Shown piece after piece: positions 48,536 through 58,300 of a DNA stretch of 64,000 nucleotides. The translations under genes and the position numbers were made by a program. The notes beneath the pieces are model-generated. The model saw nothing but the letters and a program-made list of their open reading frames with translations, had not been told where the DNA came from and searched no databases. Position 1 is the first letter of the stretch; each line of letters opens with the position of its first letter. The stretch covers positions 1 to 64,000 of the IMG/VR virus record IMGVR_UViG_3300042934_000547. One strand, 5' to 3'.

Positions 48536-49659
48536 TAAAACTTTCCCTTCTGTATATTAAATTTCTTTGCTATGTTTTCATAACCAAGTTCATTTATATA
48601 TCTTTCAGATGCTTTATAAAAAATTTTCAGAGCTTTACATACACCATCGATTGGTTCGCATATATCCCTTTTACCTTGTTCCATTATGGCTGCAAAACAT
48701 TGTCCATAACAAACCTTATAAAGTTCACAATTTCGGCATTTTGGAGATATATCATGGGTGAAATTTTTATAAATATTAGCTACATTATGATTCTCATCAA
48801 TAGTAGTAAAAATGCTTCCCATCTTAGTACGCTCTAACCGACTATTAAAGAATCTTTGACATGGATATATATCACCGTTTGGTGCTATAGCAAGTATAGT
48901 TGACCCAGCGGTACAAAAATGCATTCTTTTCTCTCTTCTAGTATTGTAAGGAAGTAATAATCCATTATCATTAAATGCTTCATTAGAATTAAATTTTTCT
49001 ATTAAAAATGAAACATATTCATCATAAAATTTCTCTAGTCTTGCTAGATCATCATCAGACCATTCACAATCTCTTACAATACTTAAATTAGTTCGTCGAA
49101 ATCCATCATTTATAGAATCACGAATTCCATCCATGAGATAATCAATATTATCGGGTGCAATCATAGATTTAAAAATACGAGATCTAAGTGGAACATTATT
49201 TACCTTACAGTATGTTTTTATTGCTTTTAGACAGTCATCATAACTTCCTTTACCATTACTATAAACCCTACAACGGTCATGAGTAGTACGACCTCCATCT
49301 AATGACATACTGATTCGTATATCTTTATCTCTTAAATATATTAATTTCTCTTCATCTAACAAAGTTAAATTTGAGGTGGTCGCAATGGATATATTTACAT
49401 TTGGATGTAAACTTTGTACCATATTAATTTTATCAACAATTCTACAGAATTTATCCCATTCTAAAGTTGCTTCACCACCAAATAGATTAATATAAAAATA
49501 TTCTAAATTATTTTTAACGATGATATCATTAAAAAATGTTGGAAGTTGTTCAATAACATCATCAGTTATTGTTACGCCATTTTCCTTATCTACATAACAG
49601 TATTTACATCTTAAGTTACATTTTTCAGTAACTATAATAAGTATACTTTCAATCTTCAT
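48535..49659 (-). CDS. Radical SAM/SPASM maturase
   Basis: TEKCNLRCKYCY, LFGGEA, SLDG; SPASM CTAG...GDIYPCQRF...CRNCELYKVCYGQC...VC. Confidence 0.9.
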   Translation of the reverse strand: MKIESILIIVTEKCNLRCKYCYVDKENGVTITDDVIEQLPTFFNDIIVKNNLEYFYINLFGGEATLEWDKFCRIVDKINMVQSLHPNVNISIATTSNLTLLDEEKLIYLRDKDIRISMSLDGGRTTHDRCRVYSNGKGSYDDCLKAIKTYCKVNNVPLRSRIFKSMIAPDNIDYLMDGIRDSINDGFRRTNLSIVRDCEWSDDDLARLEKFYDEYVSFLIEKFNSNEAFNDNGLLLPYNTRREKRMHFCTAGSTILAIAPNGDIYPCQRFFNSRLERTKMGSIFTTIDENHNVANIYKNFTHDISPKCRNCELYKVCYGQCFAAIMEQGKRDICEPIDGVCKALKIFYKASERYINELGYENIAKKFNIQKGKF

Positions 49660-49690
49660 TACATTCTCCTTATTTTGTTAATCAATAATG

Positions 49691-49729
49691 AACATGGTAG
49701 CCTACCATGTTTAAGGTGTTAACTACACC
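49691..49729 (-). terminator. Twin hairpins downstream of the Cys-rich substrate gene (partial terminator or mRNA stabiliser)
   Basis: GGTGT-taact-ACACC and AACATGGTAG-c-CTACCATGTT; no strong U-tract. Confidence 0.55.
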
Positions 49730-49739
49730 CAACCCAATC

Positions 49740-50141
49740 TCAGGTGCATGTGCAGCAATCGCAATCACATGCACATCGATCACAAGTACATGCACATCGA
49801 TCACAGTCACAGTCACAGTCATTACAATTACATGAACAATAGTTATTATATATCGCAGTAGCAGCAGTTTGTGCTGCCGAAAAAATAGCTGGATAAATCA
49901 GTTTACCTGCTTCAAAGTTTATTAATGTACTTAAATCAGCTTTCGGATTGACATATGCATTAGCATTTGCTGCTGTTAAATTATTCTTAATTGATAAAAA
50001 TAATGCTGACATAACTTTCTGATTAGCTACAGCTGCCGTAGTATCAGCAGCTTGACCAACTCGTGTTCTGGCATTATTAACAGCAGTAACAACAGCAGTT
50101 CCATCAGCCGCCAATATCGCTGTACCTTTAGTTAACGCCAT
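49740..50141 (-). CDS. Ala/Thr-rich protein with C-terminal Cys-rich (CxCxCxx)n tail; putative radical SAM substrate/precursor
   Basis: 133 aa; last 32 aa CSCNCND CDCDCDR CACTCDR CACDCDC CTCT (15 Cys). Confidence 0.75.
   Translation of the reverse strand: MALTKGTAILAADGTAVVTAVNNARTRVGQAADTTAAVANQKVMSALFLSIKNNLTAANANAYVNPKADLSTLINFEAGKLIYPAIFSAAQTAATAIYNNYCSCNCNDCDCDCDRCACTCDRCACDCDCCTCT
49767..49805. repeat. 18-bp direct repeat at 21-bp period encoding the Cys heptads
   Basis: ACATGCACATCGATCACA at 49767-49784 and 49788-49805. Confidence 0.85.
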
Positions 50142-50451
50142 TTACACCACTCTCTTTCATAATAAAATCGATACTTTCATACACCATATCACTAATCGTA
50201 AACTTATAAATTCCATGTGAAATATTAGTGATATTCTTTATGATATTATCTCCAATTATAATTTTAACTGCCTCTACTGGTTTTTCCCTATAATATTGAT
50301 TTAGCACTTCTCCATTGATTCCTGCTAATTCATTAATAAGTCTAACTTGAACCACATCACTACTAAGGTTCATGAAAAATCCGATACCGTATGCCTTTTC
50401 GATTATGACATCTTCATCTTGATATTCGATTTTGATTTTTATATTGTCCAT
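50128..50451 (-). CDS. Hypothetical accessory protein of the radical SAM cluster
   Basis: 107 aa, beta-rich, GGAG RBS. Confidence 0.65.
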   Translation of the reverse strand: MDNIKIKIEYQDEDVIIEKAYGIGFFMNLSSDVVQVRLINELAGINGEVLNQYYREKPVEAVKIIIGDNIIKNITNISHGIYKFTISDMVYESIDFIMKESGVNGVN

Positions 50452-50452
50452 A

Positions 50453-50890
50453 TTATTGGTCTCCTTTCAATGTGGAATTTACTAGTTTAGTATTAGAGAG
50501 AAACATTCTTTCATCAGAGTGATCCCTAAAATAATATATTGCATAACTTATACTCTTGATATCATGTATTTCATCATATACCAACCCAGCATCATCTAAT
50601 AATTTTACGGATATATTTTTATTATTTAATACTGCATTTTCAAGCATATCGAACTTATCACTAAATCCTATAGTGGTGATATTTTTAATTGCTAGGGAAT
50701 TTATTATCATTTCAGTTAAAGTCTTAGCAGTTTCTAGTGTTTCTTTTTTAAAATAAACACCTAATACTGCCGGAAATGATGGAAGTGTTGATTCTGATAA
50801 ACCTACTTCAGATATAACATCGAATACTATTACTTCAACATCATCAATCAGAATTTTGATCTTTGTCATGACAGTTACACTCTCTTTCAT
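50453..50890 (-). CDS. Hypothetical accessory protein of the radical SAM cluster (distant paralog of 50128-50451)
   Basis: 145 aa; shared KIKI.I start and VKxx...IxxIxxxxY...E.xF ending. Confidence 0.6.
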   Translation of the reverse strand: MKESVTVMTKIKILIDDVEVIVFDVISEVGLSESTLPSFPAVLGVYFKKETLETAKTLTEMIINSLAIKNITTIGFSDKFDMLENAVLNNKNISVKLLDDAGLVYDEIHDIKSISYAIYYFRDHSDERMFLSNTKLVNSTLKGDQ

Positions 50891-52142
50891 TCATCATAAG
50901 TGAGAATTTTTCAGTCAATAACACTTCTTGTAACTCTAACAAATGTTGTAATGTCACGATTTGTCCTTCTGTAAAATTCTCACTCAGTAATCTTCCCATT
51001 TCCTGTAAAATAACAATAGAGTTTTTGTCAGGTTTATTTATTTTTCCGAATAATTCCTCATAAACATAAATTGACAATTCTTTCTCAATTTCTAAGAGTT
51101 TACAATTTTTTGGAAAACCATATGCAATGTTTCCATTATGATTATAATTAATAGCCATACAACTTCTACAATTATAATTATCACAGTCCGAACAAGCTTT
51201 ATATCCAATCATATATTTTCTATACAATTCTTCATATTGCACACATTTTGATTTATCAACCCCATCAAATACTGAACCGATTTTAGTATCTGGATCGGTT
51301 AAAAATCCATGACATGGATACACATCACCATTAGGGGTAATAGTGCAATATGATACTCCGGCACCACAGGATTTATCAGCACGTTTATCTTTATATTGTA
51401 ATGATGTAAATACATCATGTTCTTGAATACCATTAGTATTGCAATCGATGATAATATCATTTGCGATTTTTGTATATTCTCGTCTAAAGATATCGTAGTC
51501 ACTATCATCCCAGTCTTCTTCATGTAATGCCATGAACCATATTTTTTTAAATCCTAATTCATCTTTGAAAAATTTGTATGTCTTATGTGCGTATGGTAAT
51601 GTGGCTTTTGTTACAACACTATGCACTGATATTTTATTTTGCGGTACATTAATTCTATTAAATAAATCCCTTATCTTCTTTATAGAATTAATTATATTAT
51701 TAGAAGAACCTTTTCCATTTAAATCAATTCTTTGTAGGTCATTAATTTCAGGGATAGAATCAAATGAGATTTGAATAGAAAAACTTTCAGGGCTATTTGT
51801 CCACCAATTAATCAAGAATTGTTCATATTCATCACTATATAGAACTCCATTAGTGATTAATCCAGATGTGTATACCAGATTATTTTCCTTTGTTTTCATC
51901 ATAGCATAATTAAATATGTGGTTCATCACCTCAACATTTATAGTCGGTTCTCCACCAAAATATGTAATATCAATACCTTTCTTTTCATTCTCTAAAGCTT
52001 CATTAATCAAAAAATCAACAGCTTTTTCGGCTATTTCTTTTGTCATAAAGATTCCTTTACCTGTTCCCTTTTCAAAACAATAAGTACAATTTAAATTACA
52101 AGCATCTGTTAACATCACTGATGCACTTGTTAATCCTGACAT
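50844..52142 (-). CDS. Radical SAM/SPASM maturase
   Basis: TDACNLNCTYCFE, YFGGEP, ITNG, ISFD; SPASM CGAG...GDVYPCHGF...CSDCDNYNCRSC...NC; helical C-terminal extension. Confidence 0.9.
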   Translation of the reverse strand: MSGLTSASVMLTDACNLNCTYCFEKGTGKGIFMTKEIAEKAVDFLINEALENEKKGIDITYFGGEPTINVEVMNHIFNYAMMKTKENNLVYTSGLITNGVLYSDEYEQFLINWWTNSPESFSIQISFDSIPEINDLQRIDLNGKGSSNNIINSIKKIRDLFNRINVPQNKISVHSVVTKATLPYAHKTYKFFKDELGFKKIWFMALHEEDWDDSDYDIFRREYTKIANDIIIDCNTNGIQEHDVFTSLQYKDKRADKSCGAGVSYCTITPNGDVYPCHGFLTDPDTKIGSVFDGVDKSKCVQYEELYRKYMIGYKACSDCDNYNCRSCMAINYNHNGNIAYGFPKNCKLLEIEKELSIYVYEELFGKINKPDKNSIVILQEMGRLLSENFTEGQIVTLQHLLELQEVLLTEKFSLMMNERECNCHDKDQNSD

Positions 52143-52182
52143 TGTTTTCCTCCTTTATTTCAAGGTCTACACCTTGTATTCT

Positions 52183-52194
52183 TATAAAAATGTT
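52183..52194 (-). promoter_or_regulatory. Late-type promoter AACA-N6-TA driving the radical SAM cluster
   Basis: AACAtttttaTA on the minus strand between the terminator at 52219 and the AAGGAGG RBS of 52142. Confidence 0.6.
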
Positions 52195-52218
52195 TCAATT
52201 TGTTTTAAATAAAAGAAT

Positions 52219-52239
52219 GGGTTGGTATTATACCAACCC
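52219..52239 (-). terminator. Terminator after the tail-fibre triplet
   Basis: GGGTTGGTA-tta-TACCAACCC followed by ATTCTTTTATTT on the minus strand. Confidence 0.75.
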
Positions 52240-53253
52240 CTATCTATTCATTATGAGAATCTCTATTAATTCTATTTCATCAGTAGTCTTATTTTGTAGA
52301 GATTTACCTACAATAGTACCGGGAATATTTTCTATCGATTTCATTCCTACACCTTCTATATCGGATGAAGTAATTAAATCTCCAATTTCTATCTTTCCAG
52401 TAATATATACTTTCAATCTACCAGCCAAACCAATAGGGATATAATTTTTCAAATTATCTTCATTTGATACGTCTTTATCCCCACCTAATAAGAATCCATA
52501 ATTGTCAGAAACAACACCTACTATCTTTTTAGAATTAGCTGATGATGAATAACAATATGTATTAGTGTCTGGTTCTAACTCGATAATATGATTAGGTTCG
52601 TAAGTGACATCTGGTTTATGTTTCTTAAATAACTCAGCGTAGTCATTCCATACAGCATTAGTTATTAAATCCCCTTCAATCCAGACTTTTTTCATTACAG
52701 CACCCATTGACCAACCACCAACAGCTAATGCATTACTCTTGTTTAACCCAAAATTTAATGCATATGCACCCGCTCGGTGAAATGATATAAAGGCGGCTGA
52801 TGCACTGTCTGAACGTATTTCTAGACCACCAGCTGCATATGCTGGTGAATAACTAACATCGGCACCACCAACAATTGCAGCTGTGAATAATCTACTACTA
52901 AGCGTTCCACCAGCAATGCCGTCTCTCCATAATGATTTATTTTTAAATCTGATATCAGTATTACCATTAGTTATTGATAATCCTACTGCTGGGAAATCAC
53001 TACTACCTTGTGCAACACCCCAAACGTTATTTGGGTCTGTGTAAATACCCCAAGCCTGAGTTTCTATTCCCTGAATATCAGCTGTTGGGGTTAATCCCAT
53101 GAGAATATCAGTCCAACCACCACTACTACTTTTAGATATTCTAATTCCTTCCTGATAATTATTTTCAGAAGGTTTAAGTATTAATCGTTTAAGATATGAA
53201 TTACCATTAACATTTAAGCTTCCATTTACAATAGTTGAATTTAACCTACCCAA
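52240..53253 (-). CDS. Tail fibre / receptor-binding protein A with C-terminal intramolecular chaperone (Peptidase_G2-like) domain
   Basis: MGRLNST N-terminus; SFHRAGAYALNFGL...GGWSMG fibre motif; NAVWNDYAELF autocleavage-type motif; TTG start. Confidence 0.75.
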   Translation of the reverse strand: MGRLNSTIVNGSLNVNGNSYLKRLILKPSENNYQEGIRISKSSSGGWTDILMGLTPTADIQGIETQAWGIYTDPNNVWGVAQGSSDFPAVGLSITNGNTDIRFKNKSLWRDGIAGGTLSSRLFTAAIVGGADVSYSPAYAAGGLEIRSDSASAAFISFHRAGAYALNFGLNKSNALAVGGWSMGAVMKKVWIEGDLITNAVWNDYAELFKKHKPDVTYEPNHIIELEPDTNTYCYSSSANSKKIVGVVSDNYGFLLGGDKDVSNEDNLKNYIPIGLAGRLKVYITGKIEIGDLITSSDIEGVGMKSIENIPGTIVGKSLQNKTTDEIELIEILIMNR

Positions 53254-53296
53254 TATTAAACACCTCCCGTCTCTATATTATAAATATTTATATTAT

Positions 53297-54229
53297 TTAG
53301 CAGTTCATAATCAATACATTGATCTTTTTTATATCTTCATTTAAATCAGTATCTAAGGCTTTAGCAATTATGGTTCCCTTAGGATTATCCAATTCCGATT
53401 TCATTCCTACACCTTCTATATGTGAAGATGTTATTAAATCTCCAGCCTCTATAGGTCCTATTACCCAAAGCTCAACTCTCCCTGCTAAACCAACGGGAAT
53501 ATATGTTTTTAAATTTTTCTCAGTAGATTGTTCTTCTCCACCAAGTAAGAATCCGTAACTATTTGATACAATACCTACTGCTAACTTAGAATTTGGAGTT
53601 GAAGAATATTTATACGTTTTGCTTTTTGGTTCTACTTCAATAATATGATGTGCTTCATAATTAACAGATGGATCGTGTTTCTTAAATAACTCGGCATAGT
53701 CATTCCACACAGCATTGGTTATCATATCACCAGCTAACCACGCACGTTTATTATATGATGGACCAGCAAGAATATCACCAGTTACATACAGTGGTTTATT
53801 TGTATGAAATCCAACGGTTGCATCAGTAACAAAATGACAATAACTTGTGTTTTCAGCACCAAAAGATGATGTACGACCACTTTTTAGTGATACTAGGTTG
53901 CCTTTTGATTCTACATTACTATTTCCTGTTATTTTACCAGCGACGATGTTTGCAGTACCAGTAGCACCACCAAACGTAAATTCGATTGGAATAGGTTTAC
54001 TATCCTTAGCCCTATAGCCAAAACGAATAGTACTCGCATTATTACTTCCACCAAAATTTATTTCATTATTATTTTCAATATATAATTTTACATTACCTAC
54101 AACACCCTCACCTGCCATTAATCCGTTTTTGCTATATAAAGCCCCATTCACATTTACATCACTACTTAAATGAGTCTTTCCGCTAACGTTTAAACTCCCA
54201 TTTATAACAGTTGAATTTAATCTACCCAA
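53297..54229 (-). CDS. Tail fibre / receptor-binding protein B with C-terminal chaperone domain
   Basis: Same N-terminal anchor and NAVWNDYAELF...GLAGR...GDLITSS domain; different middle region. Confidence 0.75.
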   Translation of the reverse strand: MGRLNSTVINGSLNVSGKTHLSSDVNVNGALYSKNGLMAGEGVVGNVKLYIENNNEINFGGSNNASTIRFGYRAKDSKPIPIEFTFGGATGTANIVAGKITGNSNVESKGNLVSLKSGRTSSFGAENTSYCHFVTDATVGFHTNKPLYVTGDILAGPSYNKRAWLAGDMITNAVWNDYAELFKKHDPSVNYEAHHIIEVEPKSKTYKYSSTPNSKLAVGIVSNSYGFLLGGEEQSTEKNLKTYIPVGLAGRVELWVIGPIEAGDLITSSHIEGVGMKSELDNPKGTIIAKALDTDLNEDIKKINVLIMNC

Positions 54230-54276
54230 TATTAAACACCTCTTTTCGAGCTGAAATGATAGATTTTATCTATATT

Positions 54277-55344
54277 TTATCCAGCCATAATTAAAACATT
54301 TACTTTCTTTATATCTTCATTTGGATTGGTTTCTAAGGCTTTTCCTATTATCGTTCCTTTAATCTTTAACTCTGATTTCATTCCCACACCTTCTATATCT
54401 GATGAAGTAATTAAATCTCCAGCACGTATTGGTCCGGTTACCCATACTTTAACTCTTCCAGCTAAGCCTATAGGGATAAAATTTTCTAAGTTCTCTTCAT
54501 TGGTTTTGTTTTCTTCTCCACCAAGTAAGAATCCATAGTTATCAGAAACCACTCCTACTAATAATTCCGAATTAGCTTTGGAAGAATATTTATATGTATT
54601 AGTATGAGGATCTAGCTCGATGATATAACCAGCCTCATAATCCTTATTATCATGTTTTTCAAATAACTCAGCATAGTCGTTCCATACTGCATTAGTTATC
54701 AAATCACCAGCCAACCATACACGCTTACTTGATTGAGCATATATATCGCCCTTAACAAATAATCTACCAGTATTTGAACCCAATGTCATCATTGTGACTG
54801 GATTATCAGCACCAGCATTACTACGTGATTCCCATGACCATCCATACCCTGTTGAATTTTCTACAATCTGTCTTATAGCCCATGATGATACATCACCTAA
54901 AGCTACACCAGCACCACCACCCGGGGCAGCACCAGTGATTGGTAACATAAATATTCGCCAAGTTTTTTCATAACCGGCACTATAGAATCTAATTCCGCTG
55001 GCTGCTCCTCCTGCATTAAAACTTAAACCACCAACGAGTGTAGCATTGTTTGCAATTAACCCAGCACTTCCACCTGAACCACCGAATACAAAGGAGCTAG
55101 GGATAGGTTTACTATCCTTAGCTCTATATCCAAAATAAATAGTACTTAAGGCATTACTCCCGCCAAAATTAACTTCAGAATTAAATTCAGGATATATTTT
55201 CATCAATTCATTGTATCCCGGCTGGTCAGTAGTAAATCCACTATTTCCATGCACTGTGCCTGATACATCTAAATTATTTCTTATATATGCCTTACCATTA
55301 ACAGTTAGAGTTCCATTTATAATGGTTGAGTTTAATCTACCCAT
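54277..55344 (-). CDS. Tail fibre / receptor-binding protein C with C-terminal chaperone domain
   Basis: Same termini; shares the NFGGSN...FGYRAKDSKPIP module with protein B. Confidence 0.75.
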   Translation of the reverse strand: MGRLNSTIINGTLTVNGKAYIRNNLDVSGTVHGNSGFTTDQPGYNELMKIYPEFNSEVNFGGSNALSTIYFGYRAKDSKPIPSSFVFGGSGGSAGLIANNATLVGGLSFNAGGAASGIRFYSAGYEKTWRIFMLPITGAAPGGGAGVALGDVSSWAIRQIVENSTGYGWSWESRSNAGADNPVTMMTLGSNTGRLFVKGDIYAQSSKRVWLAGDLITNAVWNDYAELFEKHDNKDYEAGYIIELDPHTNTYKYSSKANSELLVGVVSDNYGFLLGGEENKTNEENLENFIPIGLAGRVKVWVTGPIRAGDLITSSDIEGVGMKSELKIKGTIIGKALETNPNEDIKKVNVLIMAG

Positions 55345-55356
55345 ATTATCACTTCC

Positions 55357-58300
55357 TTAATTTTCAATAATCTGCTTACAATATACGTATCCGTCATTGG
55401 TAAATATGGATTCTTTAGGATTAAGATAAAAATCCTTTCCGTCAGGGGGTTCTACATATTCCCCTTCTATATCTGAATCAAAAATAGTAATCCAGTCAAC
55501 CCCATTCGTTGATACTTCTAACTTATTTTTGTAATAACTGCGTGTATCATGACCATAATGGTTTAGATTTATTCTGGTTATTGTAGCTATATAACCTATA
55601 TCAACCTGAATATAACAGTGCTCATTAGTTGTAGTATCAATATAACCGAGAGAACCATCTCTAACATTCATACACGGTAATGCTAACATACCGCCATATA
55701 ATATATTTGGATCAAATGGAACAGCGACTGTCCTCATGGTAGCAGCATTAGTTGTACAAACTTTCCCCGTTAATATTTCTTCTTCAGTTTCGTTATAAGC
55801 CCTTAATCCAAACCAGTGATTATTTGGTCCAGTTGTGTTACCGGCAATCCAGTTTCTTATATATCTAATAGGCATTCCACCAGCAATTACTTCAGATGCA
55901 TCTAAAATACCTTTATCAGAAACATTTCCTCCAGAATTAAATGGCATTATCATATTTTGTGGAAAGGTTATATTTTTAAATGTCATACCACCAAATCTCC
56001 ATGGTTTATATCCCGGTCCATAACCAGCAAATATTCCAACCCTTACATATTTGGTTCCTACCCAGAAATTACCTATTTTTGGATTGAATTTAAATGAGTA
56101 TTTAGTCCATTGTTGAGGTATTGAACCACTGAATGGGTAAATATATGTGCCACCATCATAATCGTTAGATACTTTCGTTCCAGCCTTAATTAATCCACGA
56201 CTCCATGGATTTAATAGTGTGATAACATTTCCTTCTACCTTAAGATAATAATCATCTATTCTAGCTACTTCATAATTCCTATATTCAGGTCTATCAAATA
56301 TACCTATTTTCTTATCGTATCGTCTGACACCCGGTTCAAGATTGTTCCAATTGACTCCAGATGTTAACTGTACTGTAGTATCACCATCTTTTAAATCAGC
56401 AGCCAAAGTAGTTCTAGTATTTCCAACATTAGACACCATAGAAACACTTATAGGTTTCATCTCTCGATCATAACAAGCAACACACATATATCCCAGAGAT
56501 AGTTCAGTAGTTGTACTACGTAACCACATATTGAATTCATAAACGCCATTATCATTATTAATCGGAATCAATGTATCATCAAAAACTTCACCATATCCCG
56601 GGAAATCTATACAACCATTACCAAATACACCATCTGTAGCAATAAAAGTCCCAGTGATTGGAGCAAAAATCCCGTGTCCAGAATTTTGAAACCCCCTTAT
56701 CGACTTATCTTCCAATCTACCATTCCAAACTAAGTTGTCGTCATCATTTTCAACTATTTCTTCACAAAATAAACTTCCTTTATCATCAATGAATGCACGT
56801 GTCTCATAAACTTCTTTAACATCTTGTGCACTAAGTGCATTAGCATATATTCTCACATCGTCAATAACTCCATTGAAATGTCTACTTGGTGATGTACCTT
56901 GCTGTTCCCCACCTATATATATTTCACCTGTATTAGTAAAATATCCAGTATTTACAACAGTGTGTTTTAATTCTCCATTTATATAGAACTTCAAATTATC
57001 CGATTCCCAAACGAGTGTTAACATACTCCATTGATTTAACGGAATTACCTGTCCAGTATAATCGTGATATCCGGGTGTAACTTTACCATATGCATGTGCT
57101 GATAAATATCCATCTTTATTAATTGTAAGATATATTCCTTTGTATCTCAAAATCATATCCCTATCACTAATTATTTGTCTCGCTATTGGGTATACCCAAG
57201 TTGTTAATGTAGCCGTTTGATACACTAATATATTTGGTTGTACTTTTACTAATCCTTGAGTATCCATAAATCTCATAGCATTACTACCAACTTTAGTATT
57301 AGATGAAATGATAGATGGAGAAAATATTGATAGAGTTTCTGATATATCCTCATGAAAATCACTACTATCAGTTATAATAGCATGTCTTATTCCATTGACA
57401 AATGGTGTAACATGGTCTTTAGCTTCCAATTGTGGAGCACAAAACCAAGTTCTTTGAGATTCACCATTTGGATTTCCAAAAAAGAATTCAAAACTTAACG
57501 ATTTAGATTGACTGTCCATTGGATTTAAAAATGGTTGCCAAATTATTCTATGCCATTCATCATCGCCCGGAACATTTATGTATTCACTATTATATCTACC
57601 AACTTCAGAATTATCAGCTGTATAGAATTTAATTCTAAAGTTAGAGTCTCTTGTTTTCACATATAACGAACAAGTGTATGTTTTTCCGGGTTCTTGTGGA
57701 GCATAATCTCCATAGCTATACCAATAACATTCTGCTGCGGAACTTCTATAGAAACTAACTACTGGAGAACTTATACCTTTAGGTGGTTCTATATCATTCC
57801 ATATTATTCCGGTGCAATAAGTTTTACTCCAACCAACATCTAAGTCAGTATTAATAATCACATTTTGTGTAGATTCTTCATATGGATTGTCAAACTTATA
57901 ATGAGCGATTTTAGTTCTATAAAGATCTCTAACTTCCTTTTGTGATAGCGTGTGATTGTATACTCTTATATCGTTCATTCTTATGGGAAGAACGGCATTT
58001 GGACCATTTCCAGCATATACGGTAGGTAAGTTAATGAAAAAATTTGATATATATCGAGTATTAGTGGTTGATGGTTTTATACTAGTTAATTTTTGTGAAT
58101 TTATTAAATTTCCATCGAGAAAGACGGATATTGTTTGATTAAGTTTATCATAGGTTACATATACATGAACCCATTTATTATAAGGAATTATTTCACTTAT
58201 AGTGATTCCATATGACGCATCTGAGCGTACTGTTGCCAGTAATGATATATCAATTTTATTTGATACCCATGTTAATGCCAATCCACCATAAGCATTATAA

